Assembly (NCBI RefSeq): GCF_006345805.1
Contig: NC_042997.1
Location: 118,420,001 to 118,484,000, forward strand
Source: Octopus sinensis
Lineage: Eukaryota
Direction: 5' to 3'
DNA length: 64,000 nt
Under the pieces are notes generated by a model that was not told the DNA's origin, made no database searches, and saw nothing but the letters and a program-made list of their open reading frames with translations. Every line of letters starts with the position of its first letter. Position 1 is the first letter of the stretch. Shown piece by piece: positions 39,801 through 52,443 of this stretch. Position numbers and translations under genes: made by a program.

Positions 39801-40285
39801 TGGGGTAGACTAGAGAAGCTGAAACTGTATTCACTCCAACGACGCTGTGAACGCTACATTATCTGTATGATGTGGAAAATATTCCATCAGCACTGTCCGA
39901 ATGATGTTGGCATCACCTTCAAAATACATCCAAGGCTTGGACCACGTGCCATCCGTCCACAACAAAAATCTAAATCGCATCACATAACGACAATATGGCA
40001 CAACTATTTCACCTCAATTGGACTCGCTCTCTTCAACATTACACCAGGACACGTCAAAAAAGAAACTGGCCACACAAAATTCAAGAAGTCTTTGGACAAA
40101 TTCCTTCAAACAGTCGCGGACAAACCACCCACACCCGGATATGTCTCCGCAAACAATAACTCTCTGCTCGAATGGGCCTTGGTGCCCAAATCCTGAATTG
40201 AAAGACTTCGCCAGGTGGTGCTATTAAGTTAGAGATGGCCTGGGCCAATACTGGCCAAAACCTTTGTAAGTTATTCTAAGTTTTA
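36900..40285 (+). mobile_element. CR1-like LINE: 5'UTR, ORF1, RT and 3' tail, with no endonuclease domain seen
   Basis: ORF1 at 37385-38257. RT at 38502-40196 has NQHGFRNGR, YLDFSKAFDRV, VPQGTVLGP and FADDSKL with frameshifts. The 3' end taagttattctaag matches 57100. Confidence 0.9.
37385..38257 (+). CDS. Putative LINE ORF1 (290 aa) with poly-Q region and a 93-bp tandem duplication
   Basis: Open 290-aa frame just upstream of the CR1 RT, with a coiled-coil-like N-terminus. QQPQQQTQR...PQRQQ is repeated twice. Confidence 0.6.
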   Translation: MASHQKSNKNGSGNEVDVLINTWHGLTQTESIGASCLNEIAKQTVHHLQARSEQQIQNKLKQIEVAFKLINKHFDKLRCVFSSNASPAQQQLQQPQQQTQRQQQQQQLQQQQQLQQQQPQRQQQQPQQQTQRQQQQQQLQQQQQLQQQQPQRQQKQDEPLLDSSTMADLLNEMIDPPVIRVTQQEAPPLPFAAPAAQSSSLSTPSPLLTTTSTTLTMYRQTSLSTAISWNRPPQSLPLSTSLLPTTTTTTTTTNAISRNLPHTGHKGRQNFNKLSSTPLTTHTHAPTHPL

Positions 40286-40286
40286 T

Positions 40287-40363
<77 letters not shown>

Positions 40364-41345
40364 ATATATATATATATATATACATATATATATTTATATT
40401 TATATACACACACACAAACACATATACACACACACAGTCTCTATCCCTTGGTTCCAGGTATAATTCCATTAAGGGACTCCTTGAACTGGTGACCTCTACT
40501 ATACCTAGACAGCCCAAAATCTTTTGATCGGATTTGGTACTTGGAAACAGGAAGGACACCGTCGAATATATATACATGCATAAACTACAACAGTAAACTA
40601 CAAGAAATACGAAAACAAATGAGTTCAATACGCAAACAACGAGAGAAACAAATGGAAAACAGGGAGAATTAAGATAAAGAACGACCCTTCATCAATTGTC
40701 GGCTGTCTATCTGCACCTCATCTCGAGAATTGAACTGTGATGCAGTGGTTTATAGTATACAATGCCCCGTGATCACAATTATGAACGCAACCACACACAT
40801 TTACTGCTGGATGCATTGCCTTACGATTTCGACACCTACAAACATGAATTTATAATGCTTAAACAATGAAATCTTGAAATGTTTCCTTTGAAGGTGTGGA
40901 AACATCAGAAAGCTGCCTAATGTTAATGTTAATACTGATGTCTTGTCAGAATGTATAAGCCATTCTTGGTAAATGTATTCGTATAATTAATGTTCTTAGC
41001 TGTGACATCTAGTATATTTAAGCTTTCAAGAATGTCGATTGATTTTCCCAAGTTAAGTGTGTTTCACTTTGAAGGTAAAAGCCAGCGCAGTTTTCGTACA
41101 GCCGTAGAAACATATAGAAACAGCTATAGTCATACGATTCCAGTTTTATGAAACATAGACACACAGATATATACACAGATGTATAGTAATGTTTCTTGTT
41201 ACGTCGACTTAAAAATAATTCAACATTAATACTACTCAATACTTTTTAAAGTTTATATATTTATTACACTTTTATACAAGAACGGCGAAAGTGACTTGAA
41301 ATGATATTCACCACAAAATCCAGGCAGCCAGCCCTATGAATCTAT

Positions 41346-41392
<47 letters not shown>

Positions 41393-41786
41393 CGAGTGTG
41401 TGTGTGTGTGTGTGTGCATAATATAACATAGATGCTTGCACAAGAATAAACTTATATCAAACCCCATATCTGTATGTAAAGTATAATGAGATGGGATCTC
41501 AGTAATTAGAGTCCACAATACATGTTAGAGCCTCATCAATAAAACTCAGGATTAGTGGTTCTGAAGTGGTGGCCAATATGTCCATTGGGTGGCCATATAA
41601 AAGTCCCGTGCAAAAAACAATGCACAAAATATTTAACCATTTTCTTACATTATTCTTAAGAAGATTTAATCATAAATATACAAGTGGAGCTTTTTAGCTA
41701 TCTAATTGCCATAATGTTCTCCACCCTTGAGTAAAATAAGAATCAAAGCCGCCCATGGGGAAATTAAACGTTATAAAGGTCCCAAG

Positions 41787-41858
41787 GGTATATGGCGTAG
41801 TGGTTAAGAGCGCAGGCTACTAATCTCAATATTCCGAGTTCGATTCAAAGCAGGGACT

Positions 41859-41915
<57 letters not shown>

Positions 41916-42085
41916 GTAATAATAATAATAATAATAACAACAACATCGAAAAATACCTTATTAATGAGAACCCAGGTTCTAAATTTTCCCAAGGCTGGAG
42001 GGTATATCAGCCGAAACGTTGTGTTAACAACAAACAAGATGAGATCAAATATCCGTCAAATGTAAATAAGGTAAATAATGTTCTA
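41787..42085 (+). mobile_element. Composite SINE: tRNA-like head, (AAT)n and hammerhead module (core deleted in this copy)
   Basis: A box tggcgtagtgg, B box gagttcgattc and (AAT)n at 41861-41945. The module matches 52190-52355 except for a 13-nt deletion. Confidence 0.8.
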
Positions 42086-42334
42086 GTTAACTCTTCTACT
42101 GAAATAAAATGCATATACACAGAAGTTTGAATTCCAAATGTGCGCATATGTAAAAGGAGTTATCGTGAGCTGGGTCTCAAATATCTCGATTCCTATACAC
42201 AAAGGTAGAATATGAAATCCGAGGGACGGAAGAGATACCAGAAGTCATTCAATCCATTACTCTAACCATTGAAAACCAATTCATCGCATTTTTGATTCTG
42301 CTCACAGCTGTTTCTTTCTTCCGTCTTTTCTTTG

Positions 42335-42378
<44 letters not shown>

Positions 42379-42446
42379 TCGTTCTTTCTTTCTTTCTTCC
42401 GTCTTTTCTTTCGTTCTTTCTTTCTTTCTTTCTTCTTTTCTTTCGT

Positions 42447-42518
<72 letters not shown>

Positions 42519-42547
42519 TTTTTCTTTCTTTTTTTTCTGTGTCCTTA

Positions 42548-43025
42548 TGTGACACAGAACGGTTATGTCACATAGCCAACTAGAAACGGTGTTTCCTGGG
42601 GATAAATAGCGGTAGCTTTCTTCCTTTTCCGAGGACTGCCACATTAAGTTGACAACAAATCACCACTTTATCGTTCTACTATTTCATAAGTCTCTCTGGG
42701 AGATTTAGAAATGTAATATTCCTAATTTTGTAGATCAGTGAATTTATTTCACTTGAAAATTATATATGTTTTCAAAGGTGAATAAGTATTGACCGCTACT
42801 AAGCCAAACTACTCCAGACTGATGAAGAGCAATGACTCTGAAACTAGTCTCTGGTTTCTGGCTTTGATGGGTGGAGGTGCTTATCTCCGCTGTATGAAAA
42901 CATAAGGACACAGAACACTTGTGTCACATAGCCAACTGGAAACGGTGGTTCCTGGGGCTAAATAGCAGTAGCATCCTTCCCTTTCCTGCGACTGCCACAT
43001 TAAATTGGCAACAAATCATCACTTT
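42548..43025 (+). repeat. 356-bp monomer plus partial second copy, retrozyme-like
   Basis: gacacagaac recurs at 42551 and 42907, and catagccaac at 42571 and 42927. A hammerhead lies between the copies. Confidence 0.85.
42814..42854 (+). ncRNA. Canonical minimal type I hammerhead ribozyme
   Basis: Reads CCAGA-CUGAUGA-AGAG-caauga-CUCU-GAA-ACUAGU-C-UCUGG. All core nucleotides are canonical, with a GUC site and palindromic helix III. Confidence 0.85.
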
Positions 43026-43031
43026 ATATAT

Positions 43032-43063
<32 letters not shown>

Positions 43064-43195
43064 ATATATATAAGTTCAGCAGAATTGAGATTCAGATGAT
43101 ATATATATATTTTTTTATATATTTTATGCATATATTTTGATATATATATATGAAGAGAGAAAGGGAAAGAGAAAGAGAGAGGGAAAAAGAAAGAA

Positions 43196-43250
<55 letters not shown>

Positions 43251-43824
43251 AACAGAGAAAACATTATAAATACCTATTCCGCTGATAGGAAGCAATATAT
43301 CAGCAGAACAGCAATAGGTTTTAAAACAATTTCCCGATTAATTTAATTGTATCAGGACGTAGGTAGACACAAAGAAAATTTCACTACACACACAAGAGCA
43401 TATGTATACATAGACATATATGTATGTGAAAATCATTAACTAAATGAAAAAAAAAAAAAACTTGACACACACACACATACACATATACAAACACGTATAT
43501 AACATAACCTCCCACACGTACATAATATACATAGTATTAAGAGACATTTTCATATATACACATATGATACTCACGCTTATATATATGCATATATACATAC
43601 ACACGTATATATATATATATATATATACATGCATAAATGTATATATACATTTATGTCTCTATATATACATATATAACATATACATATGTATATATTATAT
43701 ATATAATAAATATATTATATATCATATATATATATATTATATATATGTGTGCGTATGCATATATCTATATGTATCTATCTATCTATCTATCTATCAATAT
43801 CAATCTATCTATCTATCTATCAAT

Positions 43825-43917
<93 letters not shown>

Positions 43918-44359
43918 CGATATATATAAAGAAATATTGAAACCAGACGTAACATTCAGTAAAATGAATTTCAGTTTAATTACACGTAAGGAAAAATATA
44001 ATTTATCATCATGTTAATAAAACTATTGCAAAAAACATTTTACGAAATCATTATTGTACAAATGTTCTCCAATTTTCTTCTCAAACTGGAATAATTTGCT
44101 GTAGAGCAGAGTAAATATTGTTGACAATTATTAAAGAGGTATCTGATATTTAATACCTTATTTGTCGAGTCATCGTTCGTAGAGTACAACTGAACAACAA
44201 TGTTTTTTCTTCTTATAGGCTTGTCATAATGAGTAAACAGAGTTTGATAGTGGATCAATTAAAATTTGTTAATTTGTCATAAATATCTGCATTAATGAAA
44301 ACGAAATGAAACAGTTAAACAAAGTTTGTAAAGAATTTAGTTTCAGTAGCGTTTCATAA

Positions 44360-44560
44360 ATGGCGGCGAGATGGCGGAAACGTTAGCACGTAAGACAATA
44401 TATTTAGCCGCATTTCTTATTGCTCTTTACGTTCTGAGTTCAGGTCTCATTTTTCATCATCTCGGGGTCGATAAAGTAAAAGAGAAATCCAGTACTTGGG
44501 CCCATAAAATGGGCATTTCCTACCTCCGAGGAAACTTGTTAGAGCAATGTTGTGATCTCT
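44360..44560 (+). mobile_element. Family-A tRNA-derived SINE (decayed)
   Basis: ggcggcgagatggcggaaacgttagcacg...gttctgagttc. Confidence 0.7.
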
Positions 44561-44736
44561 GGCCCTTACGCGTCTGTTGAAAATTCAGATTTCTCTCTCT
44601 CTCTCTTTTTACATATATATAATATATATATATGTGTGTGTGTGTATATATGGGTCATTGAATATGTGGCCGCTTGTGTATCGTTGGCCATTTTCTTTCT
44701 CCGTCTTCCCTTCCTTGGACCTTTCCTTTTTCTATG

Positions 44737-44769
44737 TTTCTGACGAAGAGCTTCCCTCGAAACGTTAAA
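44737..44769 (+). ncRNA. Minimal hammerhead motif with an extra A after A9
   Basis: Reads UUU-CUGACGA-A-GAG-cuucc-CUC-GAA-ACGU-U-AAA, with short helices. Confidence 0.55.
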
Positions 44770-44868
44770 TCCCCCTTCTTTCTTTCCTTTCCTTTGCGTC
44801 CAATAACACTACACTTGTTCCACGTCCTCGCGTTGTTGTGTTTTCTCTTTGTGTTTTCATGTTTGGAT

Positions 44869-44935
<67 letters not shown>

Positions 44936-44955
44936 TTGGTGTGTGTATATGTATA

Positions 44956-45008
<53 letters not shown>

Positions 45009-45984
45009 AAATGAGATCCTTCCTCTTATTATCTAACATACAATGGTAATTGAACTGGTTATAACAATTGAACCCCAGACAATGAACTAACCTGCTGTCA
45101 TCTGTACATCTTGGTTTCCATTTCAAATTTTTATCTCGCGTTAATAGTGAAATATTTCGAATTCATTAAAACTGGCATCGATTTTAGAAATAAATAAATT
45201 TCGTATAAGTTTTCTATTGATCCCTAAAATTTCAGCATCGGATTCTTGTGCACTCCGGGCATGAAATTAATCTACTTGGTACTACTTACGCAACAGTTAA
45301 AATATAGGTCTACAACTTGGAGTTGGCATCCGTCGCAAGTTTACCTCACAGTGAATTAATTTCTACGATTATAGATTTGTTAGGTCTTCTTTGTTATATT
45401 GAAATAGTTTTACTGACCTCTATATGTCTTTGAGATTTAACAGATGAATGTTAGCCATTTTCAATTCCAATTTTCTCCTTTTGACATTATACTTTGACGT
45501 CCAGCCAAACACAAAAGCTTCAATTATCATTTTAAATATGCTTCGAAGAATCCTATTTGCGCTCCAGGTGGTTTCATGTGTTATTTTATGTATGCCTCAC
45601 TACACTCTGATAACGACTATCACGATTTTGATTTACAGCCAAACGCCTTAGTCTCATCATTGAGAAAATTTTTCTTTTCGTGTCTTCATTGATCCAGATA
45701 CGTCAATCCTATATGCTTTTCATTGTAACAAAAATATTCCCGTATAACATTTTACTCGTCTGGATAACCTTTTTATTCAGCTTTTCAAGTTAACACGCAC
45801 ACTTGTTTAGATTTCTAAAGAAAGTGCATTTAGTCATACAAGTTTCTTATGTAAATAAAGCCACCCTGTGTATAAAAAATGTTAACTATTTGCTGTTTCC
45901 AAATCAGACATCGGTCATTTGGAAACTTGTCTCTGACGTAAGGAAGCTCAAATGTTAAAAATTCTCTTGTGTTTTATGTCAGTG

Positions 45985-46490
45985 TGTGGAGGCGCAATGG
46001 CCCAGTGGTTAGGGCAGCGGACTCACGGTCGTAGGATCGCGGTTTCGATTCCCAGACTGGATATTGTGAGTGTTTATTGAGCGAAAACACCTAAAGCTCC
46101 ACAAGGTCCCGACCGGGGGTGGTGGTGAATCCTGCTGTACTCTTTCACCACAACTTTCTCTCACTCTTTCTTCCTTTTTCTGTTGTACCTGTATTTCAAA
46201 GGGCCAGGCTTGTCAAACTCTGTGTCACGCTGAATCTCTCCGACAACTACGTTAACGGTACACGTGTCTGGAGTGCTCGACCACTTGCACGTTAATAAAT
46301 TAGCTGCGACGTCACTAGTGCCAAGCTGTATTTGCCTTTCCTTTGGATAACATCGGTGGCGTGGAGAGGGGAGACCGGTGTACATGGGCGACTGCTGGTC
46401 TTCCATAAACAACTTTGCCCAGACTTGTACCTCGGAGGGTAACCTTCTAGGTGCAATCCCATAGTCATTCATGACCGAAGGGGGTCACAA
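45985..46490 (+). mobile_element. Long tRNA-derived SINE
   Basis: Head ggaggcgcaatggcccagtggttagggcagcggactc...ggtttcgattccc. A related minus-strand copy lies at 48960-49145. Confidence 0.75.
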
Positions 46491-47069
46491 TTATGTCAGT
46501 GTAAACAGTTTTTCTGAAACTAGTGCTTTTTGAGCGTTTTATTTTAGGTTTTTAATCTTAACTGGAGAAACTACGATTTACATACAACATATACAACACT
46601 GAATATCACATAATATTCAACATTACCAAAATATTAAACAGAGTGAAAACAATGTGTGGGAGATAATACATATACAGAGGGAAAGACGGAGAGAAAGAGT
46701 GATAACGAGTGAAAGAGTTGTGCAAAAGAGAGATATATTGATGGTAATAGATAGAGACTCTGAGATTTGTAGATCTAAAAGATGAGTTATATTCCGTAAT
46801 AAATTTTATTTTATTTTATTATTATTTACGGATAACCTTCTCTTTGCGGCGCAGATTTCGAAAATCAAATTCGTTTTACACGAGGACGCACCGCGTCAAA
46901 GCCTTTCTGGGCTAAACAAACATACATAACCACATACCCTTGCATTTATATTATGAATACATACATCGTATAATATATCATACACGTAGATATATATTTA
47001 TACACAGCCTCAAAAGCATTCATATGTCAAGAATCACACGTCTTGTTCTTCTGTAAGAAATCTCTATTC

Positions 47070-47290
47070 ATTGAAGGTTGGTTTCAAATTCTGACACAAG
47101 GGCAGCAATTTCGGGAGCGTGGATTACATTGAACCCACTGATCAACTTGTGCTATCTTTAATCGACTCTGAGAGGATGAACAGCAAAGTCGACCTCAGCG
47201 GAGTTTGAACTCGGAACGGAAACACGGACGAAATGCCGCTAAGCATTTTCCCCAGCGTGTTAACGATTCTGCTGGCCCGCCACCTTAAAA
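47070..47290 (-). mobile_element. Family-A tRNA-derived SINE
   Basis: Reverse complement of the 15885-type head and body. Confidence 0.8.
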
Positions 47291-47372
47291 TCAATTGAAA
47301 TTTATAATTATAATTAAATGCGCTTACACATATATATGTTCACATTCATGCATACATGCTTATATATGTGCA

Positions 47373-47404
<32 letters not shown>

Positions 47405-48383
47405 CATACATACACACACACATGCATATACATACATACATACATACATACATACATACATACATACATACATACATACATACATACATACATACATACA
47501 TACATACATACATACATACATACATACATACATACATACATACATACATAACACATGCATACATATATCAACATGAAAAGATTCTAATGAGAAATGTTTC
47601 CTCGTATATAGCATATCTAATAAGTTAACAATTTCGGCCTGAAGACACAGACATAATTGTTATCATGAAAAGAGTCTCAGGTGTTCTAATCGTTAGTTAT
47701 ATCTGTAGAGATTCTCTTATTATTTATAATATGAATAGAATCGATAAATTACCTGGCTATTTTGCCCTGAAGAGCTATACATACTTGCGTATTCTGTTGA
47801 AAATGCTGAGCTGTATTCTTGGCCAAGTTACTTATCTGAAGCCAGTTTGTATATTCACCTGCAAATGCGTATCTAATGATGAAATTCTAAAATCGTATAT
47901 AATTCATACCTTTTTCATTCGCTTAGATAAGATACTGAAGTCGACTACTGTGTTAATAATAATAGTTACTAGTTCTCAAGTCTAAAGTAGATTCATCTTT
48001 TAAGATTCACAAGACATCTGCGTTGTTTCCGTGTTTGATTTTCATCAATGTTTCAATTGTCTACGGATAAACTTGAACAGAGATAGAATCCGCTGAGATA
48101 ACATGACATTTTAACAGACATTTTAACAGACGACATTTTAAGTTACGAGTCTTCAATTCCTGTTGTACTCTTTCGCCCCAACTTTCCCTCACTCGTTGTT
48201 CCTGTTTTTTGAGTCACGCTGCGATGGACTGGCGTCCTGTCTAGCTGGGGGGAACACATACGCCATAGAAACCAGGAAACCGGGCCCATGAGCCTGGCTA
48301 GGCTTGAAAAGGGCGTATAAATAAATATAAAAAATATTATTTTGGCTATAATCCACTGATGGGTATAAAAAGACTTTATACAT

Positions 48384-48430
<47 letters not shown>

Positions 48431-48959
48431 TGCATACATACATGAACCTTCACGATCAGAGAACCGGTAGATATGCTAACTCTGTGGAAAACCTTAGTCC
48501 TGAGAAGATTAGATTACTGCTCACAGCTGTAGTCTTCAAGTTCACCCCGGTCTTATAGAAGAAATTGAAGGGTTACAAAGAACATTCACCAATAAAATAA
48601 TCGGTTAATGGCCTTAATGTCTGGGAACGCCTGATTCTGTAGACAGATAAGCAAGTACTCTCAGTAAGTGATGAAATTCCATCGCACTACATGCATAGAC
48701 GTCGGCTCTATTGTTCTTTGTCTATCAACGGAGACATCGTGCGTAAAGGCATGTTATTTACACCTGTCTGTAGCACACAGTATTGAATAAAATCTTTGTG
48801 TGTGTGTGTGTGTGTGTGTGTATGGATGTATGTATATAGATATATGTTTGTTCCTTCTCGAGCCACGTCTGGCTCGTAAGGGCCGGTTTCCCGGTTTCAT
48901 TGGCGTATAGGTTCCCCACCTGGACGGGACACCGGTCCGTCGCGGGTGAACTGCAAGAT

Positions 48960-49145
48960 GCAAGAGGAAAGAGTGAGAGAAAGTTGTGGCGAAAGAGTCA
49001 GCAGAAGTTCAGCATTATCTTCTGCTGGAGCCGCGCGGAGCTTAGGTGTTTCGCTCATAAACACACACATCGCCCGGTCTGAGATTCAAACCCGCTATCT
49101 CTCGACCGTGAGTCCGCTGCTCTAACCACTAGGCCATGTGCCTCC
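48960..49145 (-). mobile_element. tRNA-derived SINE head
   Basis: The reverse complement begins tggaggcacatggcctagtggttagagcagcggactc. Confidence 0.75.
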
Positions 49146-49294
49146 ATATATTATTTTAATCTTTTAAAGGTTTCAGTCACCGGACTGCGGCCATGCTTAA
49201 GAACGGCCTTAATCTTTGGTCAATGATCGAATTTGCTGTAGTTGATCTCCACTGGGAATGCCCGAAAGCTCTGCAGCTCTACTCTTTTGAACAC

Positions 49295-49433
<139 letters not shown>

Positions 49434-49479
49434 AGAGAGAGAGAGAGAGAGATTAACTATTATATACGTACGGAAGATC

Positions 49480-49800
49480 CTAGAGAGTCATGTTCCAAAC
49501 ATTGGCATCAAAGCGAATTCTAATGCTCGAACTGGTAGGTACTGACAGCTTCCAAATATACCATCTTCAAAGCCACAAGCATAATCACTGTACTGAATGT
49601 ACCATTCTAATATTCAGAGATTCTCAAGTATTCAACTTCTTACCCAAAGATATTAGAAATATAACGGGGCTTCAACTGAATCTTTCACAACAGAATTGGC
49701 GGAAAGCCTGACGACGATACTGGACCAACCCACCATTTACGGATACACTCAGGGGAGATCAACTACTACAAATTCGATTATTGACCAACTTTCAATCAAA
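49480..49800 (+). mobile_element. CR1/L2-like LINE 3' relic
   Basis: FNFLPKDIRNITG...ILDQPTIYGY...STTTNSIIDQ resembles the CR1 C-termini elsewhere in the window. Confidence 0.6.
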
Positions 49801-49851
49801 AAGTGGCAAAAAAAAGTATATATGAGGCATATATATTTATATACATAGCTG

Positions 49852-50031
49852 TCGCCAATCTAATATGGCAGTTCATAAATATAGGACGAATGCTGCCGTT
49901 GATTAGCTCCAAGAAGCCATCGCCTCTAGCTAGCTATGTGAAACACGAACTAACTAGAGACAATGGCCTCTTGGAGCTAATCAACGACAGCATTCGTCCT
50001 ATATTTATGAACTGCCATATTAGATTGGCGA
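49852..50031. repeat. Long hairpin: 82-bp arms, 16-nt loop, 5 mismatches
   Basis: 49852-49933 is the reverse complement of 49950-50031. Confidence 0.95.
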
Positions 50032-50144
50032 TAACTATTAATATCCAGTACCGCTGCCGTAGTCTCCCTTCGAGAGACCTAGAAATATTTATATTTATAT
50101 TTATATACACATATATACATACATACATTCATACACACATACAC

Positions 50145-50183
<39 letters not shown>

Positions 50184-51340
50184 GATGATATTCAATACTG
50201 TGTGCCATAGACAGGTATAAATACCTTGTCTTTAGGCATGATGTTTCCGTTGAGAGACAGAGAACAATAGAGCCGACGTCTATGTATGTTGTGCGATGGA
50301 ATTTCATCAGCTCGTTTGGAGACTATTGCTAAAGAAACACTCGTTTGGAGACTATTGCTAAAGACGTAGTAATTTCCACATACGACCGTTCTTCCTTTAT
50401 TGTCGAGGTTAGAGTATGAACTCTCCAGATATCTATCTATCTATGAATAACTACAATCACGTACTCCTCGGGTCCTCGACTCTTTTAGCGGTGATTATAG
50501 ACAATAGACTTTCAGTATATAGATATATCTATGAAGAACTACTGTGAAATTTTACGTTACTGATTTTCCTGGTTTTCTACCCTCCTAATGGTATTTAGAC
50601 ATGCTTTGGTATAACAGTTTATAAACGCTCTGGTGCTATTTACAGCCGTTTGTCTATCATTTTCTTTCGTTATACATACACTCGTATGTGTGTATGTGTG
50701 TAGATGTATATGAACCTTATTCCTGAGGGAAGTTTGATAGGACGTCATGGAAGATTAGATATAAAACATATGAAAATGACTCACATCCGCGTATTGGAAA
50801 TTTTATTCAAACAATATGGCGTCAATAACCGTGAAAATAAAATAAAACAAAACAAAATGACAAAATTAAAACCAGGTCATTACGTGATTAATCCAAGGGA
50901 GATTACTAGTTGTCATTAATATGTGATATTATCTCCCGTTATGATATTTAAGTTGTTTTATTTTCATTACGTATTTGTTTTTATTGTTTGAACATATTCT
51001 GTTCTGTGCGTGGTATTATCACAAATGCTAATGGGATTAGTATGACAGAGTACAAAGTTAGTCCTTTAATAATAAACTAAATATGTATCTTAGTTCTATT
51101 CATATAGATTCTTTTTAAATGTGTACATTTAGTGAATGGTTTGTATGCCTCACCCGGGCAGCGGTACCTCTTTTCAAGACGGTGCCCCAGCATCGCCACA
51201 GTCAAATGACTGAAACAAGTAAAAGAGTAAAAGAGTATACTTGAGTATAGGCACAAACGAGTAACATGCTAACTGTCGTGCATGGATATATAATGCCAAC
51301 ATATGCATACACGAAATTTATGCAAATCTATCTCTCTATC

Positions 51341-51425
<85 letters not shown>

Positions 51426-51904
51426 CCTATCTATCTATATATATATCTATCTATTTATCTATCTGTCTGTCTGTATGTCTGCCTGACTGTCTGTCTGTAT
51501 GTATGTATGTCTGACTGTATGTCTGTCTGTATATCTATCTGTCTATCAATCTATCTGTCTGCCTGTCTGTCTGTCTGTCTGCCTACTTATGTATATATAC
51601 ACGCACATTCATGTATATGCGTGTATGTACACACGTACACACACACATATATATCCTTATACATACAAACAGGCATACAAACATGCATACATATATTTAG
51701 ATTTAGTGTATAATGATTTTAGGAATATCGAACATATTCTAATATGTCAGACTGCTTGCAAATATTATCTAAATCAGACGTCTATATTTGGAGTTATGTG
51801 AAACGCGTTGATTGTATCAAAACGCGACTCTTATCGAGTTTGCCTAGCGGCTGATCTCTGCTGGCCGCTCAAGTGAACACTCACAATTTCGTTATGAACA
51901 AACA

Positions 51905-51937
<33 letters not shown>

Positions 51938-52261
51938 CACACACACACACACACACACAGAGCCACACACACACACACACACACACAGAGCCACACACAC
52001 ACACACACACACACAGAGCCACACACACACACAAACACTACGGCGAAGCAGCTAAAACGAAATTTCGCTGTAACTTCTAGAATCTTTCTTGTAAAATGCA
52101 TAATACATGTCATTCAGTCTTGAAAAGCATTCAGTTATACTTCATGTTTTTGTTTTATTTCCGATCTTTTCAGTTCTATATTTAAGAGATGAGGAATTAT
52201 GTACATTATTTACATTATTTACATTTGACGGATATTATTTGTCCTCATCTTGTTTATTGTA

Positions 52262-52307
52262 AACACAACGTTTCGGCTGATATACCCTCCAGCCTTCATC
52301 AGGTGTC
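52262..52307 (-). ncRNA. Minimal type I hammerhead ribozyme with an extra A after A9
   Basis: Minus strand reads GACAC-CUGAUGA-A-GGCUG-gaggguauau-CAGCC-GAA-ACGU-U-GUGUU. Confidence 0.75.
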
Positions 52308-52371
52308 TTGGGGAAATTTCGAACCTGGGTTCTCATTCCTAAGGTATTTTTCGATGTTATTATTATTATTA

Positions 52372-52432
<61 letters not shown>

Positions 52433-52443
52433 TATTATTATTA

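Noticed and set aside
41787-41860. Functional tRNA gene
   Set aside because: A and B boxes are present, but the acceptor stem does not close. It is a SINE head.
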